Assembly (NCBI GenBank): GCA_043772795.1
Contig: JAYVFX010001253.1
Location: forward strand, 1,448 to 65,447
Reading direction: 5' to 3'
DNA: 64,000 bases
Origin: Deltaproteobacteria bacterium
GTDB taxonomy: Bacteria; Desulfobacterota; Binatia; Bin18
Each line of letters begins with the position of its first letter. Within the stretch, counting starts at the first letter, position 1. The translations under genes were made by a program, and so were the position numbers. Below are positions 10,385 to 20,698 of this stretch, piece after piece. Under the pieces are notes generated by a model. It saw only the letters and a program-made list of their open reading frames with translations. It was not told where the DNA came from and ran no database searches.

Positions 10385-10909
10385 ATGGAACAGGCTACAT
10401 TTGTCAAGACACGGGATACCCAGCCCGTGGAAGTTGAGGTTCAGGATCGTCGATTTCGTGCAATGCACGACACGACCTTTGAACAAGACATTTACATCAT
10501 GGGCATCCTAGCGGAGAGCGGGCTCCAAGAGCTAGCCTCTAGTTTCGATATCGCTAAGGACGATCTCAGTAATGTATCACAACAGGTCATCATTACCGCT
10601 TTTAAGCACGGGCGTCTTTTTGAGCTCGTCGCCGCTTCGATGGAGGAAGTTGGTAAGCCATGGACGATTGAGTCGGCCAGGGCAAATGCGGTCTTTTTCT
10701 CGAAGCTGACGGATGCAAAGGATAAACTCGCCCTGCGCAGTTCAATTGTGGCGGTAATTCTGGGTTTTTTCGTCAGCGGGCTATTGTCATCAAAGAATTC
10801 GGAATTCTCTTCGACAATCGCCCGCGGAATCAGGCTGGAACCTACCGATCCAAGCAGCGTGAGTGGGCTGCCGGAAGGGGACAATACGACTTCGGAGACT
10901 GGAACATAG
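10385..10909 (+). CDS. tail assembly chaperone (gpG-like)
   Basis: ATG 10385 with GGGAGAGG ribosome-binding site (table ORF starts at an upstream TTG); lies between major tail and tape-measure genes; contains the slippery heptamer. Confidence 0.5.
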   Translation: MEQATFVKTRDTQPVEVEVQDRRFRAMHDTTFEQDIYIMGILAESGLQELASSFDIAKDDLSNVSQQVIITAFKHGRLFELVAASMEEVGKPWTIESARANAVFFSKLTDAKDKLALRSSIVAVILGFFVSGLLSSKNSEFSSTIARGIRLEPTDPSSVSGLPEGDNTTSETGT

Positions 10910-11106
10910 TCATTCGGGAGCTGGCGAAGTATAACCCAGAACTATATTCGGTAGTGCTGAAGTGGCCAATGCGAGAGGGGTTGTTTGCATATCTCGCTAT
11001 AGTTAAGCAGGACGCAGAGGAGGCGTATAACCACGGCATGATGCTGTGGGCGCTTGGTAAGCTGAAAAAGCCTCCTACGTATCCGCGGGTGTTGACAGAT
11101 GGCTGA
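10726..11106 (+). other. -1 frame extension of tail assembly chaperone (gpGT-like fusion ORF)
   Basis: Frame -1 is open from 10726 to the TGA at 11104-11106; the T TTT TTC heptamer at 10765-10771 sits in the chaperone zero frame; the extension ends overlapping the tape-measure ATG at 11099. Confidence 0.4.
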
Positions 11107-14100
11107 CGATCTTGACGTTGGCATTAACGTCCACGGTGAAGGGGCGGATGTAGCAAAGCAAGTTGCTGAAGGCATTAAGCAGCTTCGCAAGGAATTAGAG
11201 CTACTAGCCAAAAAACAAAAGGCTGGATCCACGGATCAAAAAGCGGCCACGGCTGCGCTCCGTGAAAATGCGCGTGCCCAAAAAGAGCACGAGGCCGCTT
11301 TACGCCGCGCAACCACGGCTCAAAAAGCCGCGCTAGCTGCTACAAAGGCACAGCAAGAAGCCGTCAAGGGTCTAATTCGGGATGTTCTAGCACTGGCGGC
11401 TGTATTTGTCGGGGCTAAGACATTTAAGGCCTTTATCGACATGGGCTTGAAGTTCAATGAGGTAATCGAGACATCAAATCTCGGTATTGCTTCGTTGATA
11501 ACTTCCCAGACCAAGATGACTGATTCAACTGGTCAGGTCATTACTGGTGTGGAGAAATTGGGCATTGCTCAAGCCCTTGCAACGGATCAAGTCAATAAGC
11601 TCCGTATTGCGGGCCTCCGGACCGTTGCCACAACCGAACAGCTGGTCATAGCGTTCCAGCAGGCTACCGGCGTGGGTCTACGGTGGGGGTTGACGCTTGA
11701 CCAGATTCGGATCCTGACCGTTCAGGTATCTCAGGCGGCCGGTGCCCTTGGCGTGCCACTGAACCAATTGAACGAGGAGATTCGGTCCCTGCTTACCGGG
11801 ACCATCACTCCCCGTAATACCCGTATTGCTACGGCATTGGGTATTACCAACGCCCAGATCAAGCAAGCACAGCAGGCTGGTACACTATTTGAGTTCGTAA
11901 CCAAACGTCTGGAAGCCTTTAGCGTGGCTGGTGAAGCCACGGCTAAGACCTTCCGTGGTGTGATGTCTAACATCCGCGAGGCTATTGAGAATCTCGCCGG
12001 TGACGCCACTAAGCCACTGTTTGACGCCTTAAAGGTCAACGCCCAAAAAACTCTAGAGTCCATCTTTGACTTAGATACCGCAAGGGTATCTGATAGCCTC
12101 CGTGGTATCCTCGATGTTGCCCAAAGCATTTTCGGTGGTCTAGGCGACCTTCTTGGCAGTGCTATGCAGGCAGCTGTTGAAGGGGCACAAGAATTTAGTG
12201 GGTGGTTGCAGGAGAATGCTGGTCAAGTAGATCGTATTCTCCGGTCAGTGGGTTTACTTGGGTCCGAACTAAGGGATTTATCAGGTACTGTATTTGGACT
12301 CCTTGGTTCCTTTGCGCAGATTAGCGTCAAGACTGGGATTATTGGTAATATCATAGTGGGCGTTGGCGCGGTAGTAGCAGATATTCGTACAGTCCTCGAC
12401 GTTGTTCTTGTCGTGCTCGGTAGTATTGGCGCGGCTGTAATTAATGTTCTTATCAAGCCTTTTACGTTGCTGTTGAGGCTAGCAGCGTCTGCTGTTCGGT
12501 ATTTCGATGAGGATCTTGCAAATTCATTGGACAATGCCGCGGCTTCCGGTAATGAATGGGTTGAGAGCATAAATCAGGGAATTAGGGACTATTCAAAGTC
12601 TCTGACAGTTGGTAACACCGCCACAGAAATATATGCGGCGAAAGTCTTTGGCATGCGCAAAGCCTCTGATAACGCAGTTGCTGGCCTAAAAGAATTACAC
12701 GAGGCTCTTGATGCTACTTCTGAATTTGAGAAGTATCTGTCAGAGCTGTTGCTAACTGATCTTAAGAACAAGGTCATTGGCCAAAAGGAATACGCCTCTC
12801 GTAGCCGCGAACTTCAGCTGATTGTGGTGAATCAGCAGGTCGAGGCTCAATTGGCATATCTTGCTTCTTTGGATGCAACCAATGAGGGTGATCGCCAACG
12901 TACACGGACACTAATCCGCGAACTACGTCGACGGCAGGGTGCCCTTGAAAAGGACATCACTCTTTCGTCTATTGCGGAACCTGTGCCGCCAAAAGACAGC
13001 GCCGTTAAGCGAGGGCAGGGTGCCACTGCCTTGATTAAGGCGGAACTTGCTAACCGTCTAAAGGATCTCAAGATTTTGCTGGATAACCAAAAGCTTTCTT
13101 ATGCCCAGTATTATGCAGATGTCATTCGGGCAAATCAGGAAGCTATTGACAAGATGATCGCTGTTCAGCGCCGGTTGTACGCCGCGACATCCGACGTGGG
13201 CGCAAAGGAAAAAATTCTGGACCAAATCAAAATCTTTGAATCACAGAAGCTTCAGGTTGTTGAGGACAATAACGAGAAGCAGCGTGCGGATGAACTAAAA
13301 CTCCAGCAGGAGGTAACACAGGCGCACGTCCAACTTCTGAAAGATCAGGGTCGGTTCTCCGAGGCCCGTGCCCTGGAGATTGGAGATAGGTTCAAGATTC
13401 TGGTAGCACAATTGAAGGTCGAAGGCAATGAGGCGGGGGCGGATATTGTCTCCCGTCTGTTTGACATAGACAACGCTAAGGCCTCGCTGGATGAACTGAA
13501 CCGTAAGACAAAGACTGTTTTTGACAGTCTGGCTCTTACGTTGAGTGAGATCGACCAACAGCGTCAGGCCGGTAACATTACGGAACTGACTTCTCAGGAA
13601 CGTATTCTGGATGCTCACCGTCGTGCGCAGATTCAGCTTCATGGGTTGATTCCTTTGATGCGCGAATTCGCACTAATCACTGGTGATCCCGAACAGGTTA
13701 CTGCTGTCGAAAATCTTGCCCTTAAACTTCAGGAAATCTCTACCACTGTCATCCAGACAGCAGATCAGTTCTTTAGGCTGAAGTCAACGGCAAAGGAGGC
13801 TGGTACACAAGGTCTGGCAGATCTAATTGATCAGCTTACGGAAGGTGCCAAAGCCTTTGATGATATCTGGCGGGATGTTGCTCGCAGCATTGTTGCGAGT
13901 CTTCGTCAGATCGCTTCCCAAATGTTGGCCAACATACTCATACAACAGGCACTAGCCTTTTTTGGTGGCAGTATTGGGGCGGTGGGTGGGGTGGGTGGTG
14001 GGGGCACTGTACTACCTTCGGGGCAAGCCGGGGTAGGCGTAGCGCACGGCGGGTATGTTTGGGGACCGGGCACCAGTACCTCAGACAGCATTCCTGCCAG

Positions 14101-14398
14101 ACTAAGCAGAGGTGAGTATGTTGTCAACGCCGCCGCAGTTCGAAATGTCGGTGTGGACTTTCTACACGCGATCAATGAGAGCGCGGCGGTAGCTGTCGGT
14201 CCTCGTCGTCGCTCCCGTGGCTATGCGGAAGGTGGTTTGGTATCAAACGCACGGGGCTCAAATCTCGGTGGTTTTGAGGCCACGATTGGGCTCGAACCGG
14301 GCTTAGTTGCTCGACACATCGAATCCCAGCCGGGAACTCAAGCAATATTTAACGTGATCGCCAAGAACCGGAAGGCGGTCCGGGGAATGTTAGGGTAA
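11099..14398 (+). CDS. tail tape measure protein
   Basis: 1099-aa, highly helical, Ala/Leu/Gln-rich protein after the chaperone pair; Gly-rich C-terminal segment. Confidence 0.85.
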   Translation: MADDLDVGINVHGEGADVAKQVAEGIKQLRKELELLAKKQKAGSTDQKAATAALRENARAQKEHEAALRRATTAQKAALAATKAQQEAVKGLIRDVLALAAVFVGAKTFKAFIDMGLKFNEVIETSNLGIASLITSQTKMTDSTGQVITGVEKLGIAQALATDQVNKLRIAGLRTVATTEQLVIAFQQATGVGLRWGLTLDQIRILTVQVSQAAGALGVPLNQLNEEIRSLLTGTITPRNTRIATALGITNAQIKQAQQAGTLFEFVTKRLEAFSVAGEATAKTFRGVMSNIREAIENLAGDATKPLFDALKVNAQKTLESIFDLDTARVSDSLRGILDVAQSIFGGLGDLLGSAMQAAVEGAQEFSGWLQENAGQVDRILRSVGLLGSELRDLSGTVFGLLGSFAQISVKTGIIGNIIVGVGAVVADIRTVLDVVLVVLGSIGAAVINVLIKPFTLLLRLAASAVRYFDEDLANSLDNAAASGNEWVESINQGIRDYSKSLTVGNTATEIYAAKVFGMRKASDNAVAGLKELHEALDATSEFEKYLSELLLTDLKNKVIGQKEYASRSRELQLIVVNQQVEAQLAYLASLDATNEGDRQRTRTLIRELRRRQGALEKDITLSSIAEPVPPKDSAVKRGQGATALIKAELANRLKDLKILLDNQKLSYAQYYADVIRANQEAIDKMIAVQRRLYAATSDVGAKEKILDQIKIFESQKLQVVEDNNEKQRADELKLQQEVTQAHVQLLKDQGRFSEARALEIGDRFKILVAQLKVEGNEAGADIVSRLFDIDNAKASLDELNRKTKTVFDSLALTLSEIDQQRQAGNITELTSQERILDAHRRAQIQLHGLIPLMREFALITGDPEQVTAVENLALKLQEISTTVIQTADQFFRLKSTAKEAGTQGLADLIDQLTEGAKAFDDIWRDVARSIVASLRQIASQMLANILIQQALAFFGGSIGAVGGVGGGGTVLPSGQAGVGVAHGGYVWGPGTSTSDSIPARLSRGEYVVNAAAVRNVGVDFLHAINESAAVAVGPRRRSRGYAEGGLVSNARGSNLGGFEATIGLEPGLVARHIESQPGTQAIFNVIAKNRKAVRGMLG

Positions 14399-16116
14399 TG
14401 CCGGGCACCAATCCAACTCCGTTCCAAATACCTGTCTTGTTTCCGTTTGAACCGGATGGGGTTGACCCTATTGTCGAGACTGTGGAATATGTGACTGATG
14501 TCATTACTTCACATAATGATACGGAAGATCGAATTGCCTTGCGTCGACGTCCCAAGTTGCATCTCAAGTGGCGCATGACTGCGATGGACTTGGGTGAGGC
14601 TGGTCGGGCTGCTGGTCTGTTGTGGAAGATGGGCAACCGCTGGTATGTGCCTATGTGGCAACACGCTCGGCGTGCTACAGGACTGGACGAGGTTTTGAAG
14701 TCCTATACATTGGATATGATTGATGAGTTCATGGATTTTTCCGGAAAGGTGTTGGTTTGGAAGAATTCTAATACTTATGATATCATGGATTGGGTCGCGG
14801 ACGGCGCTGACGGCGTAGTCTTGTCGAGTGGTCCTGTAACAACCAAGAAGGATTTGGTGACGGGATCGAGCGGCGACGCGCAAGTGGCATTGAATGCGCC
14901 CGGATTGGACGGGACGCCAAATACCGCAACCACAATCACTGACTCCAGCGCTACCGTACAACAGCGCCGTGCGTTTATCGTGTATAGTGGTCTTCCAGCT
15001 ACGGTGGCTCGATATACCGAGCACTGGCTGGTAGCAAAGGACGCTATCACCACTCGGGCTCCATATTTTGAGCTGTATGCGAGCGGCGGAACGGCAGTCA
15101 CTATGGCAGCTTTGGCCTTGAATACACAAACTGGCCAGTTTGTGGTTGCTGGAGGAGTTGGCACCGTTCGGGACGCCGGAGCGTGGTGGTTGGTTTCCCT
15201 CAGCGGATTGACCAATGGCACAAATACTGCCGTATCCATGGCGGTGTATCCAGCACTGCGAGCAACATACAACGGCGCCAACAGCGTAGCCAATACGGGT
15301 TCGATCGTGGTGGCGCAATTGACCGGGGTGGTTGACGCTGCAACATCTTTTGTCCATAAGGCCAATGAGGTATTAGTGGTGCCTCTTGGGGTGGGTACGC
15401 TATCCCAGTCATACAAGATGAACCGAACGAATATTGTGGCCGGTGCAGATGTAGCCTTTGAATTGGACACTACATCCGCGGCGCAGATGCCAACCCTTAC
15501 TCCGACTCAGACTTTCCGTGGCTCTGAGCTTCTAAATATTCATCCTGACACCGATGATGGTGCGGATGAAGAACAGTGGACTCTTAGCTCCGAGCGTGTA
15601 GGTAGTGACTTAGGTCCTTTTCAGATTCGGTTGTTTGCTACATCCCCTGTGTTGGCGCGTAAGGCTCAGTGGACACTTACTGGGCGTGCGGAGTTCAATG
15701 TCTTTCGGAAGTGGCTAGCTACTCGCCGGGGACGCCGTGTGCCTTTATGGGTACCGACCTATCAGGATGACCTGACGTTAGTGGCTACTGCTCTTATCAA
15801 TGCTGGGTCCATTGATATTGCGGCTGTGGACTTTGCGAATAAGTTCATGGGGTCGACGACTCGCGTTAAGATTGCCGTGATTCAGAACGGTATCATAATG
15901 CCGTTGGTTGTGACCTCGGTAACAGTGCCCTCGACAGGTGTGGAACGGCTTTTTCTTGAGTCAACAACCACAGCTGCGGTTGGGTTGAACGCAAAGGTGT
16001 GTTTCTTGCTATACGCTCGTCTCACCGACGATAAAGTTTCCATAGAGTATCATAATATTGGCCTAGCTACGGTTGAGGCTGGTTTTACGGAATTACCGCG
16101 GGAAACCCCGGCGTGA
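14398..16116 (+). CDS. minor tail protein (distal tail / tip assembly)
   Basis: 572-aa ORF with start overlapping the tape-measure stop. Confidence 0.4.
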   Translation: MPGTNPTPFQIPVLFPFEPDGVDPIVETVEYVTDVITSHNDTEDRIALRRRPKLHLKWRMTAMDLGEAGRAAGLLWKMGNRWYVPMWQHARRATGLDEVLKSYTLDMIDEFMDFSGKVLVWKNSNTYDIMDWVADGADGVVLSSGPVTTKKDLVTGSSGDAQVALNAPGLDGTPNTATTITDSSATVQQRRAFIVYSGLPATVARYTEHWLVAKDAITTRAPYFELYASGGTAVTMAALALNTQTGQFVVAGGVGTVRDAGAWWLVSLSGLTNGTNTAVSMAVYPALRATYNGANSVANTGSIVVAQLTGVVDAATSFVHKANEVLVVPLGVGTLSQSYKMNRTNIVAGADVAFELDTTSAAQMPTLTPTQTFRGSELLNIHPDTDDGADEEQWTLSSERVGSDLGPFQIRLFATSPVLARKAQWTLTGRAEFNVFRKWLATRRGRRVPLWVPTYQDDLTLVATALINAGSIDIAAVDFANKFMGSTTRVKIAVIQNGIIMPLVVTSVTVPSTGVERLFLESTTTAAVGLNAKVCFLLYARLTDDKVSIEYHNIGLATVEAGFTELPRETPA

Positions 16117-16919
16117 CGTACCTCACTGACGAAACCTCTAATCTGGATCCTGTTGAACTCTATGAGTTCACATTCGGATCCCAAATATGGAGATTTACGG
16201 ATTCGGACGCGAACTATGTCTTCGCGGCTAATACGTATACACCAGAGCCAATTAGCAGAGGCGCGTTTCGCCAGTCAGATGAGGATGGTTCAATGTCCGT
16301 CGATGTCATTGTCGATGCGTTGAATCCAATCGCGGATTTCTTCCGTGTTCCATTTCTGCCGGCACAGCAGCTATGGCTTACAGTCTACCGCACCCATATA
16401 GGATCTGTGGACTTTGCGACTCTGTTCCGCGGTCGTGTCGGTCAGTGTATCTTTGAGGGTGGTACTGCTAAGCTGACCTGTGTGCCAATGAGGAATGCGA
16501 TCCAGAAATCCATCCCTGTACAATTAATCCAAAGGTTGTGTAACAACACGCTTTATGATCAACGGTGTAAAGTGAATCCGGTTACCTACAAGTTTGTAGG
16601 GACTATCAGTACATTGGTAGGTTTGGTTATCACCGTGACGGGTGTAGCTGGCACCAAAGCCACGGGATATTTTGACGGTGGATTTATCCAGAAAACCGGA
16701 ATACCGGCGGCCACCATTCTTGACCATACTTCTGACGGAATAACGGCAACAATCCGTTTGCTCTATAACCCCGGCTATATTGCTACTGATGTAGCTGATT
16801 TTTACGCAGGGTGTGATAAGCGCTATCCCACCTGCAGAGACAAGTTTGTGAATGTGATCAATCATCAAGGGTATCCACAATTCCCGACATTTGATCCATT
16901 CAAGGACGATATGGTCTAA
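16113..16919 (+). CDS. minor tail protein with Cys cluster (gpL-like, putative)
   Basis: 268 aa; seven Cys concentrated in the C-terminal half; position. Confidence 0.35.
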   Translation: MTYLTDETSNLDPVELYEFTFGSQIWRFTDSDANYVFAANTYTPEPISRGAFRQSDEDGSMSVDVIVDALNPIADFFRVPFLPAQQLWLTVYRTHIGSVDFATLFRGRVGQCIFEGGTAKLTCVPMRNAIQKSIPVQLIQRLCNNTLYDQRCKVNPVTYKFVGTISTLVGLVITVTGVAGTKATGYFDGGFIQKTGIPAATILDHTSDGITATIRLLYNPGYIATDVADFYAGCDKRYPTCRDKFVNVINHQGYPQFPTFDPFKDDMV

Positions 16920-19900
16920 TGGCACTATCGCTGCTTGCTTGGGTGGCAATTCAGGTTGTTCTGTTCGTGCTGCAGGCCCTTCTGGCCCCCAAGCCAGTTT
17001 TTCCTGAAGCGACTCCAGATGACCCCAAGGGCCCGCGCTCTGAGGAAGGGGAAGTATTGCCTGTTGCCTTTGGTGTTGTAAAGGTGCCGGCTAACGTCGC
17101 CTTTTTTGGATCAGTCAACGCTAGGGAACAACAGGAGAAGGTCAAGACCGGGTTATTCTCATCGAAGTATGTTACGATGGGATATGTCTACGAAGCCATT
17201 TTTCAGGCGATATTGTGTCACGGTCCAATTGATGAATTAGTAGATATCATTTGGGACGGCAATCGTTCTCTCGCCGCACAAGAGCTTGGTCCCGAAGTCT
17301 TTGGCCCAATGGAGATTAATGGCCAGCCGTCGTGGGGAGTGATAAGCGGTGGGGTGGTTGGCAACAAGACTGTTCCGGCTATACCATTCCTACGCTCCGC
17401 CGATGTTACCCCGGATGCAGGATTGCCGTTAGATACTACTAATACGGACTGGCTCTTTGGTGGGTATCAGCACGGCGGGGGTCTTGTGGGTCGAATGACC
17501 TTGTATTGGGGCACGCCTGTTCAGAATGTTGACCCAACGCTTCAAAGCATCATCGGGCCAACGGAGTTTGGAACACGCTATGAGAACATTTGTCATTGTG
17601 TATTTGGCCTTGCCTCTCCAGTGGCAAGGTTTCAGTATGGGGAACGTGCTACCCTGCCCGGTGTTGAGTTTGTAATCCGGCGCTGCCCAAACAATCTGGC
17701 CCTAACTGTTGGTCATAATGTAATGTCGGATGGTAGTGCCAATATTGCTGAGGCTATTTATGAAGTTCTCACTAACACTGTTTGGGGTCTGGGTCTTCCT
17801 AGCACGTATATTGATATCCCCAGCTTTGTTGCGGCGGGGGAAACGATGTGGTCTGAGGATCTGGGAATTAATCTCCTCTTGAACTCAGGACAGACGGGGG
17901 ATGAAATCATTACGGAGCTTTTGCGGTACGCAGATGGACAGGTCCAACAGCATCCCGTCACTGGCCTAATTGAACTGACTCTGAACCGCAACGATTATGT
18001 CGTAGCTAACTTGCCCGTTATCAATGAGGGCAACGCCTCTAACGTCAACTATACACGCCCGTCGTGGTCGACACTCAGGAATGAGGTACGCATACGGTAT
18101 ACGGCTCGGCGAGGGCCTTTCTTCAAGACAATTCCAACCCAACCAATTCAGGACATTGCCTCACAGCGCACGTTTGGTGAGACACATGCCGTGACATTGG
18201 ATTTTCCTGGTCTTATGAACCCGACTATTGCCAGCAAGGTCGGTGTACGATCTTTGCGCGTTCTTTCCACGCCGCTCGGCAAAGTTCGATTTGAATCGGA
18301 TAGAACTGCCGGGGACTTCCGTGTCGGTCGACCTTTCGTGATGGGGTGGGCGGACTTTGGCCTGTTTGCTCGTGTGTTTCGTGTAGCGTCCGCCAACTAT
18401 GGTACGCTCACGGATAATAAGGTCACGGTAGAAGCTGTCGAAGACGTATTTTCTCTGGAACAACCGCTCTATAATGTAACAGCGGATCCGGCTATCCCCG
18501 ATCCCTCACTATCTCTGCGCGGTGCGTTGGAGATTGAGCCAATCCTATCGGACGCTCCAACAACAGGAACTCTCATCCTGGACGTGAAGCCGGGCACTGG
18601 CCTAGTGACAAGTATTGAGTTCATGTCTCAAAGCGGTAACAGGACACCGTCTGCATGGCGCCAATCTGAAGGGATTACTGACTTCCGTGCCAGCGTAGAT
18701 AAACACGCCACTCTTCAGTCCACAATCCAGTGGCGTGTGAACGGGCATAAGAAGGACGGAACCACAGGCGTTCTTGCCAGCGGTGCTGTTCAGTTTGACG
18801 TTGAGGCACAACCACAGCGTCCTGAGGTTACGTTCGTGCCGGGTACATCTTTGGGGAAGATAACAGCTGTCGTTCGTACGGACGAGGATACTTATTCCGT
18901 CAAGTATGCAGTCTCCAAGGCCGGCCAACCAACACTCACCACGGTACGAGCAGCAGGCGCCACGCTACTCGGCGCTGGGCAAACCGAGGTGTCTTTCCCG
19001 GACGTGCTCACTTTAGCCGCTGGCGAGGAAGGGTTCATTACAGTACTGGCCTATGATGTAGTTGGAAACGAGTCGCAGCCCGGAACACTCAATGATCAAG
19101 CTACGGTTATTTATCCCGAGCTTCGCGCGACTCCTACTGAGAATGGCGCGCTCGGGACCTTGGTGTTGACGCCGGTGGATCCGCAGGGACGGCTTACGAA
19201 GGTGCAAATGGCGCCGGTGCTCGGGAACGCGGCACCCGTTTTTGCGGATGTTGCGCCGGTTGGCGGGACATATACACAAACCGTTGCGTTGATTGAGAAG
19301 CAGCCTAGCCGCATCGAGTATCGCGCCTATGCGATGGTTGGAGGAGTTGAGACGATTGTCGAGGAGCGTGGTGTGCGGTTTGCAGTGGGATCGCTTCCAT
19401 TGCCTCCGGAAGTCTCCTATCAGATCAATGTTGATGGGACTTTAACAGTAATCTCTCGCGGTGACTCAGATACTAACTTGACTCAGTTTGTGGTGACGCT
19501 TGACGCGCCTCCGACTGCTGCGCAAATTGATGCGGCGACGGATGCCGATAGCTCATTTATCGCACGCACAGCTGCCTATGTCTATAAGGTTGGTGGGATT
19601 ATTCGGAAACTTTCACCGGGACAGAAGTTCTATTTGGGTGTGCGCGCGTATAATACCCTCCTGACTGGTGCGCTCGGAACGAAGGGTTCACAGTTGGTGA
19701 TTCAAACGGATCAATGGGTTGGCCCTTCGGACGCGCGCGCGACGGTGAGTGTGGGATCGACTGGTGTGGATTCACGCTCCGTGACCTTTGCCGGGATCAC
19801 GCTCGGTGAGTTGACGGCGCGTGTTGATGTCTTTGTCCGGGAGTACCGCACTGATCCTGGATCAATAGTGAGCATTGCTGCCGTTGGACATAAGGCGCCG

Positions 19901-20698
19901 GGATCTCCACTGTTGGATGATGGATCAATCATTGTGCCGGTAGCGAATCCAAGCAATTGGTTGCTGGTGACGTTTGTCGCGACGGATGCGTTGAACCGCG
20001 TAGGGTCTGGAGAGTTGACCGGGCTGAATAAGGTAGGTGGGACCGTCACCGTTAAGGTGCAAGCGGCTGCCGCTCCGGCTGCTGCTCCCGCTGCACCGGC
20101 TGACTTGACTCTGGCGGAGTCAAGCCCGTCAGTGGTGAATTTGTCTATCCTCATGCCGGCTAGTAATTTGCCGGCCGTCCTCCGGATCTACCGGGACGGC
20201 GTAGCATTGACGGATGTGGCGCGTACCGCACTAGCTAGCGCAACGCAAGTGGTCTCGGATACCGGACGGACGCCGGGCGCATCCTACACATATCAAGTGT
20301 ACGGCGTGAGCGCCGCCGGGATATTGTCTGCAACAGGATCCCCTGTTCGTACTATTACTTTGAGTGGCGCTACTCTTCCTACTCCAACTCTCGCGGTGGG
20401 AACCTTTAGTCAGAGTCAAGGCGGGCTCCCCATCACAATCACTCCGGGCGGTGGATCTCCTGGAGGTGAGACGTGGACGCTGGAACATATGACGGAGACA
20501 GTGGACACTCCGGGATACGGGCCGTGGAGTAATGCGGAGATCGGGACAGCCGTATCATTTCTTCACGCTCATGGCGCCGGAGCTTTGTCGAAGAATGATA
20601 AACTCCGGGTCACGGCGTCAAAAGCCGGATATACATCTTCCCTTGCTAGTAATGAAGTGATCAAGAACATTCCCGTTTGGCAGGGACAGTTCGGATGA
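16919..20698 (+). CDS. tail tip / host-specificity protein (gpJ-like central fibre)
   Basis: 1259-aa protein with beta-rich repeats and an AAAPAAAPAAPA linker; position after minor tail proteins. Confidence 0.5.
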   Translation: MALSLLAWVAIQVVLFVLQALLAPKPVFPEATPDDPKGPRSEEGEVLPVAFGVVKVPANVAFFGSVNAREQQEKVKTGLFSSKYVTMGYVYEAIFQAILCHGPIDELVDIIWDGNRSLAAQELGPEVFGPMEINGQPSWGVISGGVVGNKTVPAIPFLRSADVTPDAGLPLDTTNTDWLFGGYQHGGGLVGRMTLYWGTPVQNVDPTLQSIIGPTEFGTRYENICHCVFGLASPVARFQYGERATLPGVEFVIRRCPNNLALTVGHNVMSDGSANIAEAIYEVLTNTVWGLGLPSTYIDIPSFVAAGETMWSEDLGINLLLNSGQTGDEIITELLRYADGQVQQHPVTGLIELTLNRNDYVVANLPVINEGNASNVNYTRPSWSTLRNEVRIRYTARRGPFFKTIPTQPIQDIASQRTFGETHAVTLDFPGLMNPTIASKVGVRSLRVLSTPLGKVRFESDRTAGDFRVGRPFVMGWADFGLFARVFRVASANYGTLTDNKVTVEAVEDVFSLEQPLYNVTADPAIPDPSLSLRGALEIEPILSDAPTTGTLILDVKPGTGLVTSIEFMSQSGNRTPSAWRQSEGITDFRASVDKHATLQSTIQWRVNGHKKDGTTGVLASGAVQFDVEAQPQRPEVTFVPGTSLGKITAVVRTDEDTYSVKYAVSKAGQPTLTTVRAAGATLLGAGQTEVSFPDVLTLAAGEEGFITVLAYDVVGNESQPGTLNDQATVIYPELRATPTENGALGTLVLTPVDPQGRLTKVQMAPVLGNAAPVFADVAPVGGTYTQTVALIEKQPSRIEYRAYAMVGGVETIVEERGVRFAVGSLPLPPEVSYQINVDGTLTVISRGDSDTNLTQFVVTLDAPPTAAQIDAATDADSSFIARTAAYVYKVGGIIRKLSPGQKFYLGVRAYNTLLTGALGTKGSQLVIQTDQWVGPSDARATVSVGSTGVDSRSVTFAGITLGELTARVDVFVREYRTDPGSIVSIAAVGHKAPGSPLLDDGSIIVPVANPSNWLLVTFVATDALNRVGSGELTGLNKVGGTVTVKVQAAAAPAAAPAAPADLTLAESSPSVVNLSILMPASNLPAVLRIYRDGVALTDVARTALASATQVVSDTGRTPGASYTYQVYGVSAAGILSATGSPVRTITLSGATLPTPTLAVGTFSQSQGGLPITITPGGGSPGGETWTLEHMTETVDTPGYGPWSNAEIGTAVSFLHAHGAGALSKNDKLRVTASKAGYTSSLASNEVIKNIPVWQGQFG

